From an uncultured delta proteobacterium (GTDB lineage Bacteria > Myxococcota_A > Polyangia > Fen-1088), in contig CAVWIP010000007.1 of assembly GCA_963755125.1 (NCBI GenBank), forward strand, positions 96,001-160,000: 64,000 bases of DNA, read 5' to 3'. Shown in pieces: positions 47,758-57,739 of the stretch (position 1 is its first letter; each line of letters starts with the position of its first letter). The notes below the pieces were generated by a model, which was not told the DNA's origin, did no database searches, and worked only from the letters and a program-made list of their open reading frames with translations. The translations under genes were made by a program, and so were the position numbers.

Positions 47758-49290
47758 CTACAGGTAGCGCAACCCATCGACCACGCGCAGCCGGGCGGCG
47801 CGCACCGCTGGGTAGAGAGTGGCTACGAAACAGATGAGCTGGGTGGCGGCCGCCACCAGCAGGATCTCGGGCAGGGAGATCTGCACCGGCAGGCGCGCAA
47901 TCAGGTACACCTTGGGATCCAAGGGATAGCCGTAGAGCCCGGCCAGGCCGCAGATGGCCAGGCCGTACAGGATACCGAGACCGGTACCCGCGAAACCCAC
48001 GAAGGTTCCCGCGGCCAAGAAGACCCGCAGCAGCGTCGAGGAGCGCGCGCCCATGGAAGCGAGAATCGCGATCTCGCGCACCTTGGACAGCACGATGAGC
48101 ATGAGCGAGGCGATGATGTTGAACGCGGCCACCACGATGATGAAGAAGAGCAGGATGGCAATCACCAGCTTCTGCATCGACAGCGCCGCGAACAGATTGC
48201 GGTTGAGCGTCTTCCAGTCGATCACGCGCGCCTCTGGGCCCAGGCGGCGTTCAACCTCGGGCTCGATGCGGACGGCCTGCATCGGGTCGGCAAAGCGCAA
48301 CTCCACTCCAAAAATCGACTGGCGCGCGTTGCCCATGCGGCGCGCATCCTCCAGGTTGATGTAGGCGAGGCGCGCGTCGTACTCGTGAAAGCCCAGCGAC
48401 GAGATGCCGACCACGCGGAAGGTGTAGGCGCTGGGCGCCGAGTCGATGCCCCCGGAGAAGGGCACCAGGACCTGCAGGCAATCGCCTACGCGGCTGTGCA
48501 GGCGATGCGCCAGCTCGCTGCCCAGCACGATCCGGCCCACTGGTTCGGCCGCGGCCGGGTCCTGAACCGGCTGCGCCTCCGCGCAGTGGGCCGGCCGTCC
48601 CAGGTCATCCAGAGAGCCGGCCACCATGATCCGTCGCAGTTCGGGTGCGCCATCGGAGAGGTCGACACCTTTGAGGTTGGCGCCTACCTTGCCAATCATG
48701 ACTTCGCCGGCTGTGAAGCTGAAGGTGGACATGCGCTCCAGCCCGGGCAGGCCCGCCAGTTTCTTCTTGATGACCTCCGCGTCCCGCTCTGCCTCCGCCA
48801 TGTCCCGTTCCAGCCCATACGAGGTCACGATGAGGTGGGCGTTGACCGCCAGGACCTTGTCCTGAAACTCGTGCTCGAAGCCGCTGGTCACGGCCAGCAC
48901 CACCACCAGCGACGCGACTCCCAGGACAACTCCCATGGTCGAAACCGTGGTGAAGACGGAGAACACCCGTAGCAGGACGAACAAGAGCATGGCCAGGGCA
49001 GCCACCAGCGCGAGGACCACGCCCGCAGTCTCCAGGCCACGCACCTGACCGCGAGCCGCCGCCATCATCCCGAGGCCGGCCAAGACTCCCGCCACGGTTG
49101 CGTACAGGCCGACCCGGATGGCACGCGAGGGTGACGTGCGCTGCAGGTAGCGCACGGCCACGAAGCGCTCGAAGCGGTATGCGAAGAAAAGGGAAACGAT
49201 CGCGACCAGGATGGCGAGCCCCGCCCCGATGGGGCCGAGCAGGGAAAGGGACTCGCCGAACAATCTGGTCACCAGGGGGACAGGGGACAT
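47758..49290 (-). CDS. LolC/E-family ABC permease
   Basis: GVVLGVASLVVVLAVTSGF, IIVVAAFNIIASL, EIAILASMGA, VYLIARLP and YPAVRAA. Confidence 0.9.
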   Translation of the reverse strand: MSPVPLVTRLFGESLSLLGPIGAGLAILVAIVSLFFAYRFERFVAVRYLQRTSPSRAIRVGLYATVAGVLAGLGMMAAARGQVRGLETAGVVLALVAALAMLLFVLLRVFSVFTTVSTMGVVLGVASLVVVLAVTSGFEHEFQDKVLAVNAHLIVTSYGLERDMAEAERDAEVIKKKLAGLPGLERMSTFSFTAGEVMIGKVGANLKGVDLSDGAPELRRIMVAGSLDDLGRPAHCAEAQPVQDPAAAEPVGRIVLGSELAHRLHSRVGDCLQVLVPFSGGIDSAPSAYTFRVVGISSLGFHEYDARLAYINLEDARRMGNARQSIFGVELRFADPMQAVRIEPEVERRLGPEARVIDWKTLNRNLFAALSMQKLVIAILLFFIIVVAAFNIIASLMLIVLSKVREIAILASMGARSSTLLRVFLAAGTFVGFAGTGLGILYGLAICGLAGLYGYPLDPKVYLIARLPVQISLPEILLVAAATQLICFVATLYPAVRAARLRVVDGLRYL

Positions 49291-49389
49291 GTGCCCCGCA
49301 AGCTACGAGACGAAGACCATGTGGTCAAACCCGAGCGAGCGGCGCGTGCCCGTGCGATCCGGCGGCTGTCGTCGACCCCGAGACCTTCC

Positions 49390-49419
49390 TTGACAGAGCT
49401 GACCAGCAAAACTTACCGT
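49390..49419 (+). promoter_or_regulatory. Sigma-70-type promoter
   Basis: TTGACA-N18-TACCGT just upstream of TTG 49426 / ATG 49429. Confidence 0.5.
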
Positions 49420-49428
49420 TGCACCTTG

Positions 49429-50499
49429 ATGGGCTTGGTTCGTTCTCATCTTGCCGCGTCAGTCGTGATGCTCGTGATGGCCACGTTCGCCTCTCGCGCG
49501 TGGGCAGGAAGGAACGACCTCCAGCTGCTCAACCTGTGCCCCCAGGCGCCGTCCAGCCTGCCTGGCGGGGTTCCGGAGTGCTCGTGGGTGCAGCGCGGAG
49601 CCGACGGTTCGATCACGGGCCCGGTCGTGCCGGACCTGAATGGCAGGCAGGACTTCCGCAGCCTGATGTCCGAGTTGGGCGTCGTGCTCGCACCCCGCAT
49701 CCCCATGGTGGCTGACACGGCAGGGATCGCCGGGTTCCAGCTTTCCGCCGAGCTCGGCCTGACGGGGATCAGCAACAACCAGAGGTTCTGGAACGGCGTC
49801 GAGGGCGTGTCAGCGAACAATCCCATGGCCACACGACCCGATGCCATGCTGACGACGGTGGGGGCGTTTGTGCGCAAGGGGATCCTGTTGCCCGTGCCGA
49901 CCATCGAGTTGGGTTTCGGGGTCATGCACCTTCTCGACTCCCAGCTCCTGGCTTGGCAAAGCTACGCGAAGGTGGCAATCCACGAGGGGTTTCACGACTG
50001 GCCTGTCCCCTCCTTCGCGGTGCGCGGAGCGGTTTCATACCTGACCGGCACGGATCAGGTGACTATGACAACCACCAGCCTCGACTTTCTGGTGTCGAAG
50101 GGATTCGGCCTCCTCGGGACGGCTCGGCTCGAGCCCTTTGCCGGCTGGAGCTGGATTTCAATCTTCGCCCATAGCGGACGTCTGGATGCCACGCCCTCGT
50201 GCGATGCCACCCAGCTTGCGGCTTTGCCCGCTGGCAGCGATCCGGGAAACCCGTACTGCGCCCCGTCTCAGTCCGGAACGAAGAACGATTTCAACGCGAA
50301 CTTCAGTTTCCCGGATCAAAACGTCATCACTCGTTACCGATTGTTCGCCGGATTCAAGCTTCGGTTCGCAATCGTATTCTTTGCCGCGCAATATGAGGTC
50401 TTCTTCGCCGGCTCAAGCCGAGACGGAAGCGCATACAGCGCTAAAGATCAGAGCGGCACGCAGAACGCCATGTCGCTCAGCACCGGCCTGGACTTCTGA
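49429..50499 (+). CDS. Putative outer-membrane beta-barrel protein
   Basis: Signal peptide ending AWA, alternating beta-strand patterns and C-terminal Phe (LSTGLDF). Confidence 0.72.
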   Translation: MGLVRSHLAASVVMLVMATFASRAWAGRNDLQLLNLCPQAPSSLPGGVPECSWVQRGADGSITGPVVPDLNGRQDFRSLMSELGVVLAPRIPMVADTAGIAGFQLSAELGLTGISNNQRFWNGVEGVSANNPMATRPDAMLTTVGAFVRKGILLPVPTIELGFGVMHLLDSQLLAWQSYAKVAIHEGFHDWPVPSFAVRGAVSYLTGTDQVTMTTTSLDFLVSKGFGLLGTARLEPFAGWSWISIFAHSGRLDATPSCDATQLAALPAGSDPGNPYCAPSQSGTKNDFNANFSFPDQNVITRYRLFAGFKLRFAIVFFAAQYEVFFAGSSRDGSAYSAKDQSGTQNAMSLSTGLDF

Positions 50500-50535
50500 C
50501 AGTCGTGTAACTCCTCCTAGGGGGCTCGCATGATC

Positions 50536-50669
50536 GCGTAGGCGAAGGCGGGCTTTGCCCGCCAGAGCCAGAGCGCGGGAGGGCATGGCGAGGCCGAGCG
50601 CAGCGAGCGGGGTAGGTGTGGGGCGTGGGGGGCCGAAGGGCAGAGCGAACCCCTCCCAGGGTTCCCACG
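50536..50669. repeat. Palindromic repeat element, copy 3 (long form with 58-bp insert)
   Basis: GGCGGGC-TTT-GCCCGCC hairpin, CGCGGGAGGG, insert at 50589-50646, then GAACCC..GGGTTCCCA. Lies between convergent genes. Confidence 0.88.
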
Positions 50670-50924
50670 TTAGTGAGCCGTCAGGCCACTGCGGATGATA
50701 CGACGCAGCCCTTCGGCCGGGAGGCGGGGTCCCCGCTTCTCCTCTTCGAAGATGATCTGCGCCATTGTGGCAGCCGTCAGATCCTGCTGAGTCGTCTTGT
50801 CGATGACCCGGATCTCGTCGCCGTTGCGAATCAGAGCGGCAATCTGTTGCAGGGTGACATAGTGGCTGTCATGGGTGTCATACAGCTTCCGATTTGAATA
50901 CCGTTTGATCGTGCGTGCAGTCAT
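50670..50924 (-). CDS. PhaR-like PHA synthesis regulator DNA-binding domain protein
   Basis: IKRYSNRKLYDT..SHYVTL and DLTAATMAQIIFEEE. Confidence 0.9.
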   Translation of the reverse strand: MTARTIKRYSNRKLYDTHDSHYVTLQQIAALIRNGDEIRVIDKTTQQDLTAATMAQIIFEEEKRGPRLPAEGLRRIIRSGLTAH

Positions 50925-51076
50925 GGCTTTAATCTGCCCCGCACGTGTGGCGCGTCAAGGACTAAGTCATAATTCGGCGTTATCAAAGCGGAATTCATCG
51001 GAAGAACCGGCCGCAGAGCAGGCGTTCTGCGGCACTAGAAGTCTTTAGATTTGCTAGCCATCCGGTCTTCGCGGGG

Positions 51077-51310
51077 CTACGGCTTGGGCGCCGGCTCACT
51101 TGACTGAGCAGAACCGGGCTTGGTCTGCTCACCAGGAATCTCGCTCTTTTTCGGCGAAACTTCGATCTCGTTTGCGCTCGTGACGGCCCGCTTAAAGTTC
51201 TTGATAGCGCGGCCCAATCCATCACCGAGTTGGGGGAGCTTGCTTGCGCCAAACACCACCAGGATGACGAGAAGAATGAGAACCCATTCGCCAGCGCCTA
51301 TTCCAAACAT
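51077..51310 (-). CDS. tatA: Twin-arginine translocase TatA/E
   Basis: MFGIGAGEWVLILLVILVVFGASKLPQLGDGLGRAIKNFK. Confidence 0.95.
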   Translation of the reverse strand: MFGIGAGEWVLILLVILVVFGASKLPQLGDGLGRAIKNFKRAVTSANEIEVSPKKSEIPGEQTKPGSAQSSEPAPKP

Positions 51311-51412
51311 TTGTGCACCGGCCCTCTCTATACCACCGCACATCCATGGGGGCAATCGAGCGAACGGGCCATTTCTTGGTCCCCTGTGAGTGATCCTGTA
51401 CGATCCAGTCCC

Positions 51413-53620
51413 ATGCGGCTGACCGCGCGCGCTGCCTTGATTCTGGTCCCGATCGGCGTGGCCGCATCTGCGCCTTCCGCGCTGGCAGGCCAACCCTCGG
51501 GGCGCGGCCCTGGGCCAGCGGCAACGAAGAACGCCGGCAAGGCCGCCGAGTCTGGCGCGGATCCGATCCAGGAGAACCCGGCCGAGCGCAAGGCCGTGCG
51601 TGGCAGCCCACTCGACGATTTGGACGCCAACGAAAGCCCCGAATTGCGCGAGGTACACCGTTTCGAGGCGCGAGCCTTTCCGCGCCTTGGCGCGCCCGAG
51701 CTGCTGGACGTCGAGCCTGACGATGTGGCCGCACCACTGCCGCCCGGGCTGACCGGCCGCTGGGGCGGGACAGGAGATCTTCCCTGGCAGCTGCGCAGCC
51801 CCGAGATCGCGGCCCGGGGCGACAAGGCGGCTTCCTCCTCAAGACCCGAGTGGGCACAGGCTCTGGTGCTGCCCGATCTCCCCGTGCGCTGGGCGCCCCA
51901 GGTGATTCGCTACCTGGACTTCTTCAAGAGCGATCCCAAAGGCCACGCCATCATGGCCTCGTGGCTGCGCAAGATGGAGCGCTTCCGCGCAGCCTTCGAG
52001 GCCGTGCTCGTGCGCAACGAGTTGCCCAAGGATCTCATCTACCTCGCCATGGTCGAAAGCGGTTTCGAGCCTGGCGCAACTTCCAACAAGAGCGCGGGCG
52101 GAGTGTGGCAGTTCATGCCGCAGGTGGCTCGGGCCTACGGCCTGGAAGTTAGCCACTGGGTCGATGGTCGCCGCGATCCCGAGCGAGCCGCCGAATCGGC
52201 CGCGCGCTACCTCAAGGATCTCTACGTTCGTTTTGGCTCGTGGCACCTGGCCTTCGCTGCCTACAACGCGGGGTACGGCGCTGTCCTCCGGTCCATCGCC
52301 CGCTACAACACCAACGACTACTGGGAGCTCTGTCGTCACGAATCAGGACTACCCTGGGAGACGACGCTCTACGTGCCGAAGATCCTGGCCGCGGCTATCG
52401 TGGGTCACAATCGGGCCGCATTTGGATTTGCCGACGTGGCACCCGATCCGCCCTGGGCGTACGACACCATCCAAGTCCCGGCCGGGACGTCGTTCACCAG
52501 CCTGGCACGGGCAGCAGGCACCAGCTCCGAGGTCATCGAGGCGCTCAATCCTGAGCTCCTGCGCGATCGCGCGCCGCCCGATCGTGGTCCCTGCACGGTT
52601 CGCATCCCGCTCGGCTCGTCCGGGCTTTATGCCCAGGCGGTCGCGCAACTTCGCAGATCGAGCGAACGGGTCGAAACACTGGTTTTGCGTTTCGGCGAGA
52701 CGCTGGAAAGCGTGGCCAAGGCGCGCGGTGTTTCGCTGCGCGAACTCAAGCGCCTCAACGGCGTGGGTGACACCGCCGATCTGCGCGGGGGAACCACCAT
52801 CCTAGTCCCGGCCCGGTCCGGGGCCCCGGCGCCAGCGTCCAGTGCAGGCGAGGAGAGCGACGACACCATCCTGGTCGCGGTGCCCGATCACACGTTTGGC
52901 ATCCCTGGCAGCGAACGCGTCTTCTATCGCACCAGGGATGGCGACACGTTGGACGAGATCGCCGATGTCTTCCACGTGAGCGTCGACAATCTGGTCGAGT
53001 GGAACAACCTCGACCCGGAGGCGAAGCTACAGCCCAAGCTGGTGTTGCAGATCTTCGTGCGGGACGGCTTCGACCGCGCGAACGTGGCCTTGCTCGACCC
53101 TGACAAGATTCGCGTGGTCACGTTGGGCTCGCAGGAGTTCTTGGACCTGGAGGCGGCCCGCCGGGGCAAGACGCGACTGCAATACACGGCGCGCGCGGGC
53201 GACACGCTGGCCAAGATCGCGAAGCGCTACGGTTTGGCGCCAGGCGACCTCGCGCGCATCAACCGGCTCTCGGCCACCAGCGAGCTTGGCGAGGGCCAGA
53301 AGATCGTCGTGTATTCCCCGACACCGGAGCTACCACGCGAGATCACTGCGGCCCGCAGCGCGACTCCCAAGCGCCCCGCTCCGATGGGCAAGCCCATCCT
53401 GGCCAAGAATACCTCGACGCACGCGACGCCCAAGGCGACGCCGACGGCCCACGGCCCGGTCAAGACCGTGGCCAGCGTTGCGCGGCCGGTGCCGGCGGCG
53501 CCGGCCGCAAGGCCCGGCGCCAAGAGCGACGCGAAACCGGGGACGAAGTCATCGGTCAAGAGCGGCCCAGCCTCGCGCCCGCCGTCTACCTCCACAAAGA
53601 CTGCGGCGAGCAAGCGGTAG
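51413..53620 (+). CDS. MltD-like lytic transglycosylase with LysM repeats
   Basis: LAMVESGF catalytic motif, AGGVWQFM, AAYNAG and ETTLYVPK, several LysM repeats and a Pro/Lys/Ala tail. Confidence 0.92.
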   Translation: MRLTARAALILVPIGVAASAPSALAGQPSGRGPGPAATKNAGKAAESGADPIQENPAERKAVRGSPLDDLDANESPELREVHRFEARAFPRLGAPELLDVEPDDVAAPLPPGLTGRWGGTGDLPWQLRSPEIAARGDKAASSSRPEWAQALVLPDLPVRWAPQVIRYLDFFKSDPKGHAIMASWLRKMERFRAAFEAVLVRNELPKDLIYLAMVESGFEPGATSNKSAGGVWQFMPQVARAYGLEVSHWVDGRRDPERAAESAARYLKDLYVRFGSWHLAFAAYNAGYGAVLRSIARYNTNDYWELCRHESGLPWETTLYVPKILAAAIVGHNRAAFGFADVAPDPPWAYDTIQVPAGTSFTSLARAAGTSSEVIEALNPELLRDRAPPDRGPCTVRIPLGSSGLYAQAVAQLRRSSERVETLVLRFGETLESVAKARGVSLRELKRLNGVGDTADLRGGTTILVPARSGAPAPASSAGEESDDTILVAVPDHTFGIPGSERVFYRTRDGDTLDEIADVFHVSVDNLVEWNNLDPEAKLQPKLVLQIFVRDGFDRANVALLDPDKIRVVTLGSQEFLDLEAARRGKTRLQYTARAGDTLAKIAKRYGLAPGDLARINRLSATSELGEGQKIVVYSPTPELPREITAARSATPKRPAPMGKPILAKNTSTHATPKATPTAHGPVKTVASVARPVPAAPAARPGAKSDAKPGTKSSVKSGPASRPPSTSTKTAASKR

Positions 53621-53631
53621 GTTTTGCACCC

Positions 53632-54576
53632 ATGCGTTTCGTTGTGGGCACGGCAGAGGCAGGGTTGCGCCTGGATGCATTCCTGTTGCGGCAGAAGGTG
53701 GTGCCCAGTGCCACCGCTGCCCGGCGCGCGATCGCCGAGAGAGTCGTATTCGTGGGCGGGCGTCCCGGGAAGAAGGGGTTGCGCCTGGGCGAGGGTCAGG
53801 TAGTGGAGATGGCCGGCCCCATCCAGGATCGGGTCGTACCCACGCCCGCGGCCGAGATTCCGCTTTCCGTGTTGTACGCCGACGATGACCTGGTGGTCGT
53901 GGACAAGCCCGCTGACTTGCCCTCGCACCCGCTGCGCGCCGGTGAAGGGCCCAGCCTGGCCGGTGCTCTGGTGGCTCGCTTCCCCGAGTGCGCGGCGGCC
54001 TCGCCCGATCCCAGGGAGGGAGGGCTGGTACAGCGCCTGGATCGCGGCACGACCGGCGTGCTGGTGGCTGCACGCCGTCTCGCCGTCTGGCAAGGCCTGC
54101 GTGACGCCCTTGCGGCGCCGGACTGTGAGAAGACCTACCGCGCTGAGGTGGTAGGTCGCTTTCCTGAACTTGGCGCCGGTCAGAAAGACTTCGTGAGCCC
54201 AGGCGTCGAGCCTGGCACTCTGTTGGTGGCGGTGCCCATCGGCCGCGTGGGCCGTCGCGGATCGCGGGTGAAACTGGGCGGTGGCCGCCAGCCATTGCCC
54301 GCAGTCACCGAGGTGGCTCTGCTAGAACAAAGATCCGGGAGCGCGCTCATCCAAACGCGGCTTTGCAAGGGCCGAACCCACCAGGTGCGAGCGCACTTGG
54401 CCTATCTCGGCATACCGGTCGTGGGTGACACCACCTATGGCGAACCCAGCCCGAGTGTCGAACCTCCAGCGGTCTTGCACTTGCACGCCGCCACCATCGT
54501 GTTCAAACACCCCACGACCGGCCAACTCCTGCGCATCGAAGCTCCTCTTCCCGATTGGGCCCGTCCGGCTCTGTGA
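53632..54576 (+). CDS. RluA/RluD-family pseudouridine synthase
   Basis: S4-like N-terminus, VDKPA, QRLDRGTTG, GRTHQVRAH and LHA. Confidence 0.92.
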   Translation: MRFVVGTAEAGLRLDAFLLRQKVVPSATAARRAIAERVVFVGGRPGKKGLRLGEGQVVEMAGPIQDRVVPTPAAEIPLSVLYADDDLVVVDKPADLPSHPLRAGEGPSLAGALVARFPECAAASPDPREGGLVQRLDRGTTGVLVAARRLAVWQGLRDALAAPDCEKTYRAEVVGRFPELGAGQKDFVSPGVEPGTLLVAVPIGRVGRRGSRVKLGGGRQPLPAVTEVALLEQRSGSALIQTRLCKGRTHQVRAHLAYLGIPVVGDTTYGEPSPSVEPPAVLHLHAATIVFKHPTTGQLLRIEAPLPDWARPAL

Positions 54577-54648
54577 TCTCCCCTCTCCCCTTTGTGTTCT
54601 CAACCTCCGCCCCTACGAGCCACCGTCTTCGCAACCCGCACAATGTCG

Positions 54649-56838
54649 CTACTCGAATTGTGCGAGGCTGGTCTCCACCAGCAGGTGCAGCGTTCGGTAG
54701 AACGTCAGCAGCTCATCCGCCGAGCCGAAGCTGTCGGTCCATTCACCAAGGGTGCGGGTGCCGTCGAGAAGACCCCAAACCTCGCGCGGAGTGGGCCCGA
54801 GACGAAAGGCCTCGGGGTTGATGCGTGGGTTGGGCATCGCGCGCGGCCGGAAGCCGGTGAGCGGCGCGAACCGGTTGGCCAGGAAGTCGTAGCTCAGGGC
54901 CAGCACACCCGCGCCCAGGATTTCGAAGCTGTTCAGTCCGAGCGGGAACGCGGCCACAGGGTTTTGCAGGCCGCGGAAGAAGCTGAAATCGCCCTCGGTC
55001 CAGGTGAACAACTCCATCACGCGCTCGCGCACCTGCTGTGACAAGAGCCGGAATACGTCGAGTGGCCGCATGAAGCCGAGCCCAACCAAGGCTTCGCCCA
55101 GCTTGCCCGAGAAGTGATGCATCTCGGCGAGCGCACGCTCGAGATCGGACGGACGCAGAAAGCCGCGCGTGACAAGGTATTCGCCGAAACGATCGCCAGA
55201 CGTGTTGGAGTTGACCGACTCGGGCGCCCCGTGCACGAGGTAGACGTCTTTCACCAGATTGCCGCGGGCGAAACGGATCAGGCCGGTTTCGGAGGTCACC
55301 GCCAGGTCGGCGATGACCCGCATGGTGGAAATCAGCACCAGATCCCCGGTATTGTCCGGCGGCACCGACGGATCACCGCCCGGCACCGCAGCGTGGGCCG
55401 CACCGGCCGCCTGGCTCGCCTGGTGCTCGCTTGAGGCAATGCCGACCAGGATTGGCCGCAGCCCACTCCCGCCCTTCGCGCGGTAGGTGGAGGTGTTGGG
55501 AAGCGGCGTCGTATTGCCGAGAGGAGACGGGGTGTCCAGCCCGCCCGCCAGATGATCGATCGAGATCGGGTCCAAGCCCGGCCCGGGACCGGACGCCGGG
55601 GTGGCGTACTGGTCCAACTCGACCAGCGACATCGACTTGGCCAGCGCGTCGTCGAGGGCGGCGACCACCACGGTGGCGGCGGGAGTTGAACCGTCCTCGT
55701 CCGAAGAACCCGTCTCCGTGCCGTCCATGTCGATCGGGATGGAGGTTTCCCCGGCCTGGACGCCCTGCCCCTTGTGTGGCGGGATCTGGCTGCGGCCAGG
55801 CTGGGAGCCCGCGCCGTGCCGCCGCGCATGGGCGGCCTCTGACTTGATCTCCCACCTCCGTGAGTGCTCCTTCAGCCGCTCCATGGCCTCGGGGCGCTTG
55901 TCGAAAAGGTCAGAGGCCAGCAGGCCGACGTCGGCGGGGCCCACGCGCAGGCCGAATTCGAATTCCAGGTCATGGAGAGCGTCGCGGAACTCGGCGGCGG
56001 ATTGGAAACGTTCGTCCACGTTTTTGGCCAGCCCCCTTCGGACGATGGCTTCGAGTGCCTGGGGGATGTCCTTGCCGTATTTTTCGAAGCGATCCAGACG
56101 GCCATCGCGCACCATGAGCAGAACGTCGAGATCGTTCTGTGCGGTGAACAAACGCTTGCCCATGAGCGTCTCCGCCAGCACGATGCCCACGGCGAAGAGG
56201 TCGCTCCGACAGTCCAGTTCCGCGCCCGCAACCTGTTCAGGCGACATGTAGCCGTACTTGCCCTTCAGCGTGCCAGCCTGGGTCTTGGACTCGCGCTCCT
56301 GCGCGTGAGCGATGCCGAAGTCCCCCAGCTTGACGTCGCCACGCTGGGAGATGAACACGTTGGATGGCGAAATGTCGCGGTGAACCAGGTGCATCGGCTT
56401 GCCCTCGATGTCTTTGGCATTGTGCGCATAGTCGAGCGCGTCGAGAACCTCCATGGCTATGAACATGCAGATGGGAACGGGCAGGCGAACCTGCTTCTGT
56501 GCAGCCGAACGGAGCAGGGCCAGGCCGTCGAACCCGTCCACGAATTCCAGGGCGATGAAGTACTGGCCGTTGACCTCGCCGAAGTCGGTGACCTGGACGA
56601 TCTTCGGGTGCACGAGCTGCGCGGTCAGCTTCGCCTCGTCGATAAACATGGACACGAAGGTCTTGTCCGCGGCCAGGTTGGGCAGGATGCGTTTGATGAC
56701 CAGCAGCTTCTCGAAGCCGTGGCCAGAGAGGATCTTGGCCTTGAACACCTCGGCCATACCTCCGGTGGCCAGGCGCTGCACCAGGGTGTAGCGCCCGAAC
56801 TGCGAGGGAAATGTGGTGTCCTTTCCCTCGTCTGGCAT
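54649..56838 (-). CDS. Cytoplasmic Hanks-type Ser/Thr kinase with C-terminal DUF4388-like domain
   Basis: GGMAEV, HRDISPSN, DFG and YMSPEQ. The C-terminus has ETGLIRF...FGEYLV...LFTWTEGDFSF; the domain name is inference. Confidence 0.92.
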   Translation of the reverse strand: MPDEGKDTTFPSQFGRYTLVQRLATGGMAEVFKAKILSGHGFEKLLVIKRILPNLAADKTFVSMFIDEAKLTAQLVHPKIVQVTDFGEVNGQYFIALEFVDGFDGLALLRSAAQKQVRLPVPICMFIAMEVLDALDYAHNAKDIEGKPMHLVHRDISPSNVFISQRGDVKLGDFGIAHAQERESKTQAGTLKGKYGYMSPEQVAGAELDCRSDLFAVGIVLAETLMGKRLFTAQNDLDVLLMVRDGRLDRFEKYGKDIPQALEAIVRRGLAKNVDERFQSAAEFRDALHDLEFEFGLRVGPADVGLLASDLFDKRPEAMERLKEHSRRWEIKSEAAHARRHGAGSQPGRSQIPPHKGQGVQAGETSIPIDMDGTETGSSDEDGSTPAATVVVAALDDALAKSMSLVELDQYATPASGPGPGLDPISIDHLAGGLDTPSPLGNTTPLPNTSTYRAKGGSGLRPILVGIASSEHQASQAAGAAHAAVPGGDPSVPPDNTGDLVLISTMRVIADLAVTSETGLIRFARGNLVKDVYLVHGAPESVNSNTSGDRFGEYLVTRGFLRPSDLERALAEMHHFSGKLGEALVGLGFMRPLDVFRLLSQQVRERVMELFTWTEGDFSFFRGLQNPVAAFPLGLNSFEILGAGVLALSYDFLANRFAPLTGFRPRAMPNPRINPEAFRLGPTPREVWGLLDGTRTLGEWTDSFGSADELLTFYRTLHLLVETSLAQFE

Positions 56839-56919
56839 CAAGCCCTCATTTTATCATGTGAAGATCGCACGGAGAACCTGGGCGCTGCTGGAGTTTCGTA
56901 GTACCATGATTTCGCCCGC

Positions 56920-57672
56920 ATGCGTATCCACTCGTCAGGCCAGTCGGACGTCGGCCGTCGGCGCCCTCATAACGAAGACGCTTTTCTTTGCGACGATGAA
57001 CTGGGCTTGTACATCGTCTGCGACGGCGTGGGAGGCAACGCGAAGGGCGAGGTGGCCAGCGCCGAATCCGTGGATCTTGTGCTCTCCTGGGTCAAACGGG
57101 GACGCAAGACGCTGGACGCCTTTGCCGCGGCATCCACCGAGGAGAACTCTGGTCTGGTTCGCCGCCTGCTGGAAAGCGCCGTGCAGTCGGCTTGCTATAT
57201 GGTCTTCGGCATGGGCCAGCTCGATCCACGGCAGAAGGGCATGTCGAGCACCCTGTCTTCCCTGCTGGTGACATCCAGCAAGGCATTCATCGCCCAGGTG
57301 GGCGACAGCCGGGTCTATCTTTCGCGTGACGGCAAGACGGTTCAGCTCACCGAAGACCACACCCTGGTCAATTTCCGCCTCAAGCTGGGGCTGATCACGC
57401 CGGAGGAGGCCGCATCGTCGCCCGGCAAGAATGTCATCACGCGGGCGGTTGGCCACCAGGACTACGTCGAGGTGGACACCATCGATCTGGATGTGAAGGC
57501 GGGCGATCGCTTCATGTTGTGCTCCGACGGGCTGCACGGCTACCTGGAGGACGGTGAGGTCCACAGTTTCCTGCAAGGCGACCGGCAGACCGTGGTGACA
57601 CAGCTTATCGATATGGCCAACGACCGCGGCGGCCGCGATAACATCACGGTGATCGTCTGCGACGTGGAGTAG
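56920..57672 (+). CDS. PP2C-family Ser/Thr phosphatase
   Basis: NEDA, CDGVGG, VGDSRVY, CSDGL and GGRDNIT. Confidence 0.95.
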   Translation: MRIHSSGQSDVGRRRPHNEDAFLCDDELGLYIVCDGVGGNAKGEVASAESVDLVLSWVKRGRKTLDAFAAASTEENSGLVRRLLESAVQSACYMVFGMGQLDPRQKGMSSTLSSLLVTSSKAFIAQVGDSRVYLSRDGKTVQLTEDHTLVNFRLKLGLITPEEAASSPGKNVITRAVGHQDYVEVDTIDLDVKAGDRFMLCSDGLHGYLEDGEVHSFLQGDRQTVVTQLIDMANDRGGRDNITVIVCDVE

Positions 57673-57739
57673 CGGACGATCACGTCTGGGCCGCGCAACC
57701 CTGGCTTCCGGTTTCCCGCGAGCTGGCCGGGCCGGACGG

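Noticed and set aside
45837..47777. Long antisense and alternate-frame ORFs (this 646-aa one; also 23308-24924, 42255-43658, 15260-16717, 1192-2535)
   Set aside because: They are shadow ORFs opposite well-supported genes, expected at high GC3, and carry no recognisable motifs.
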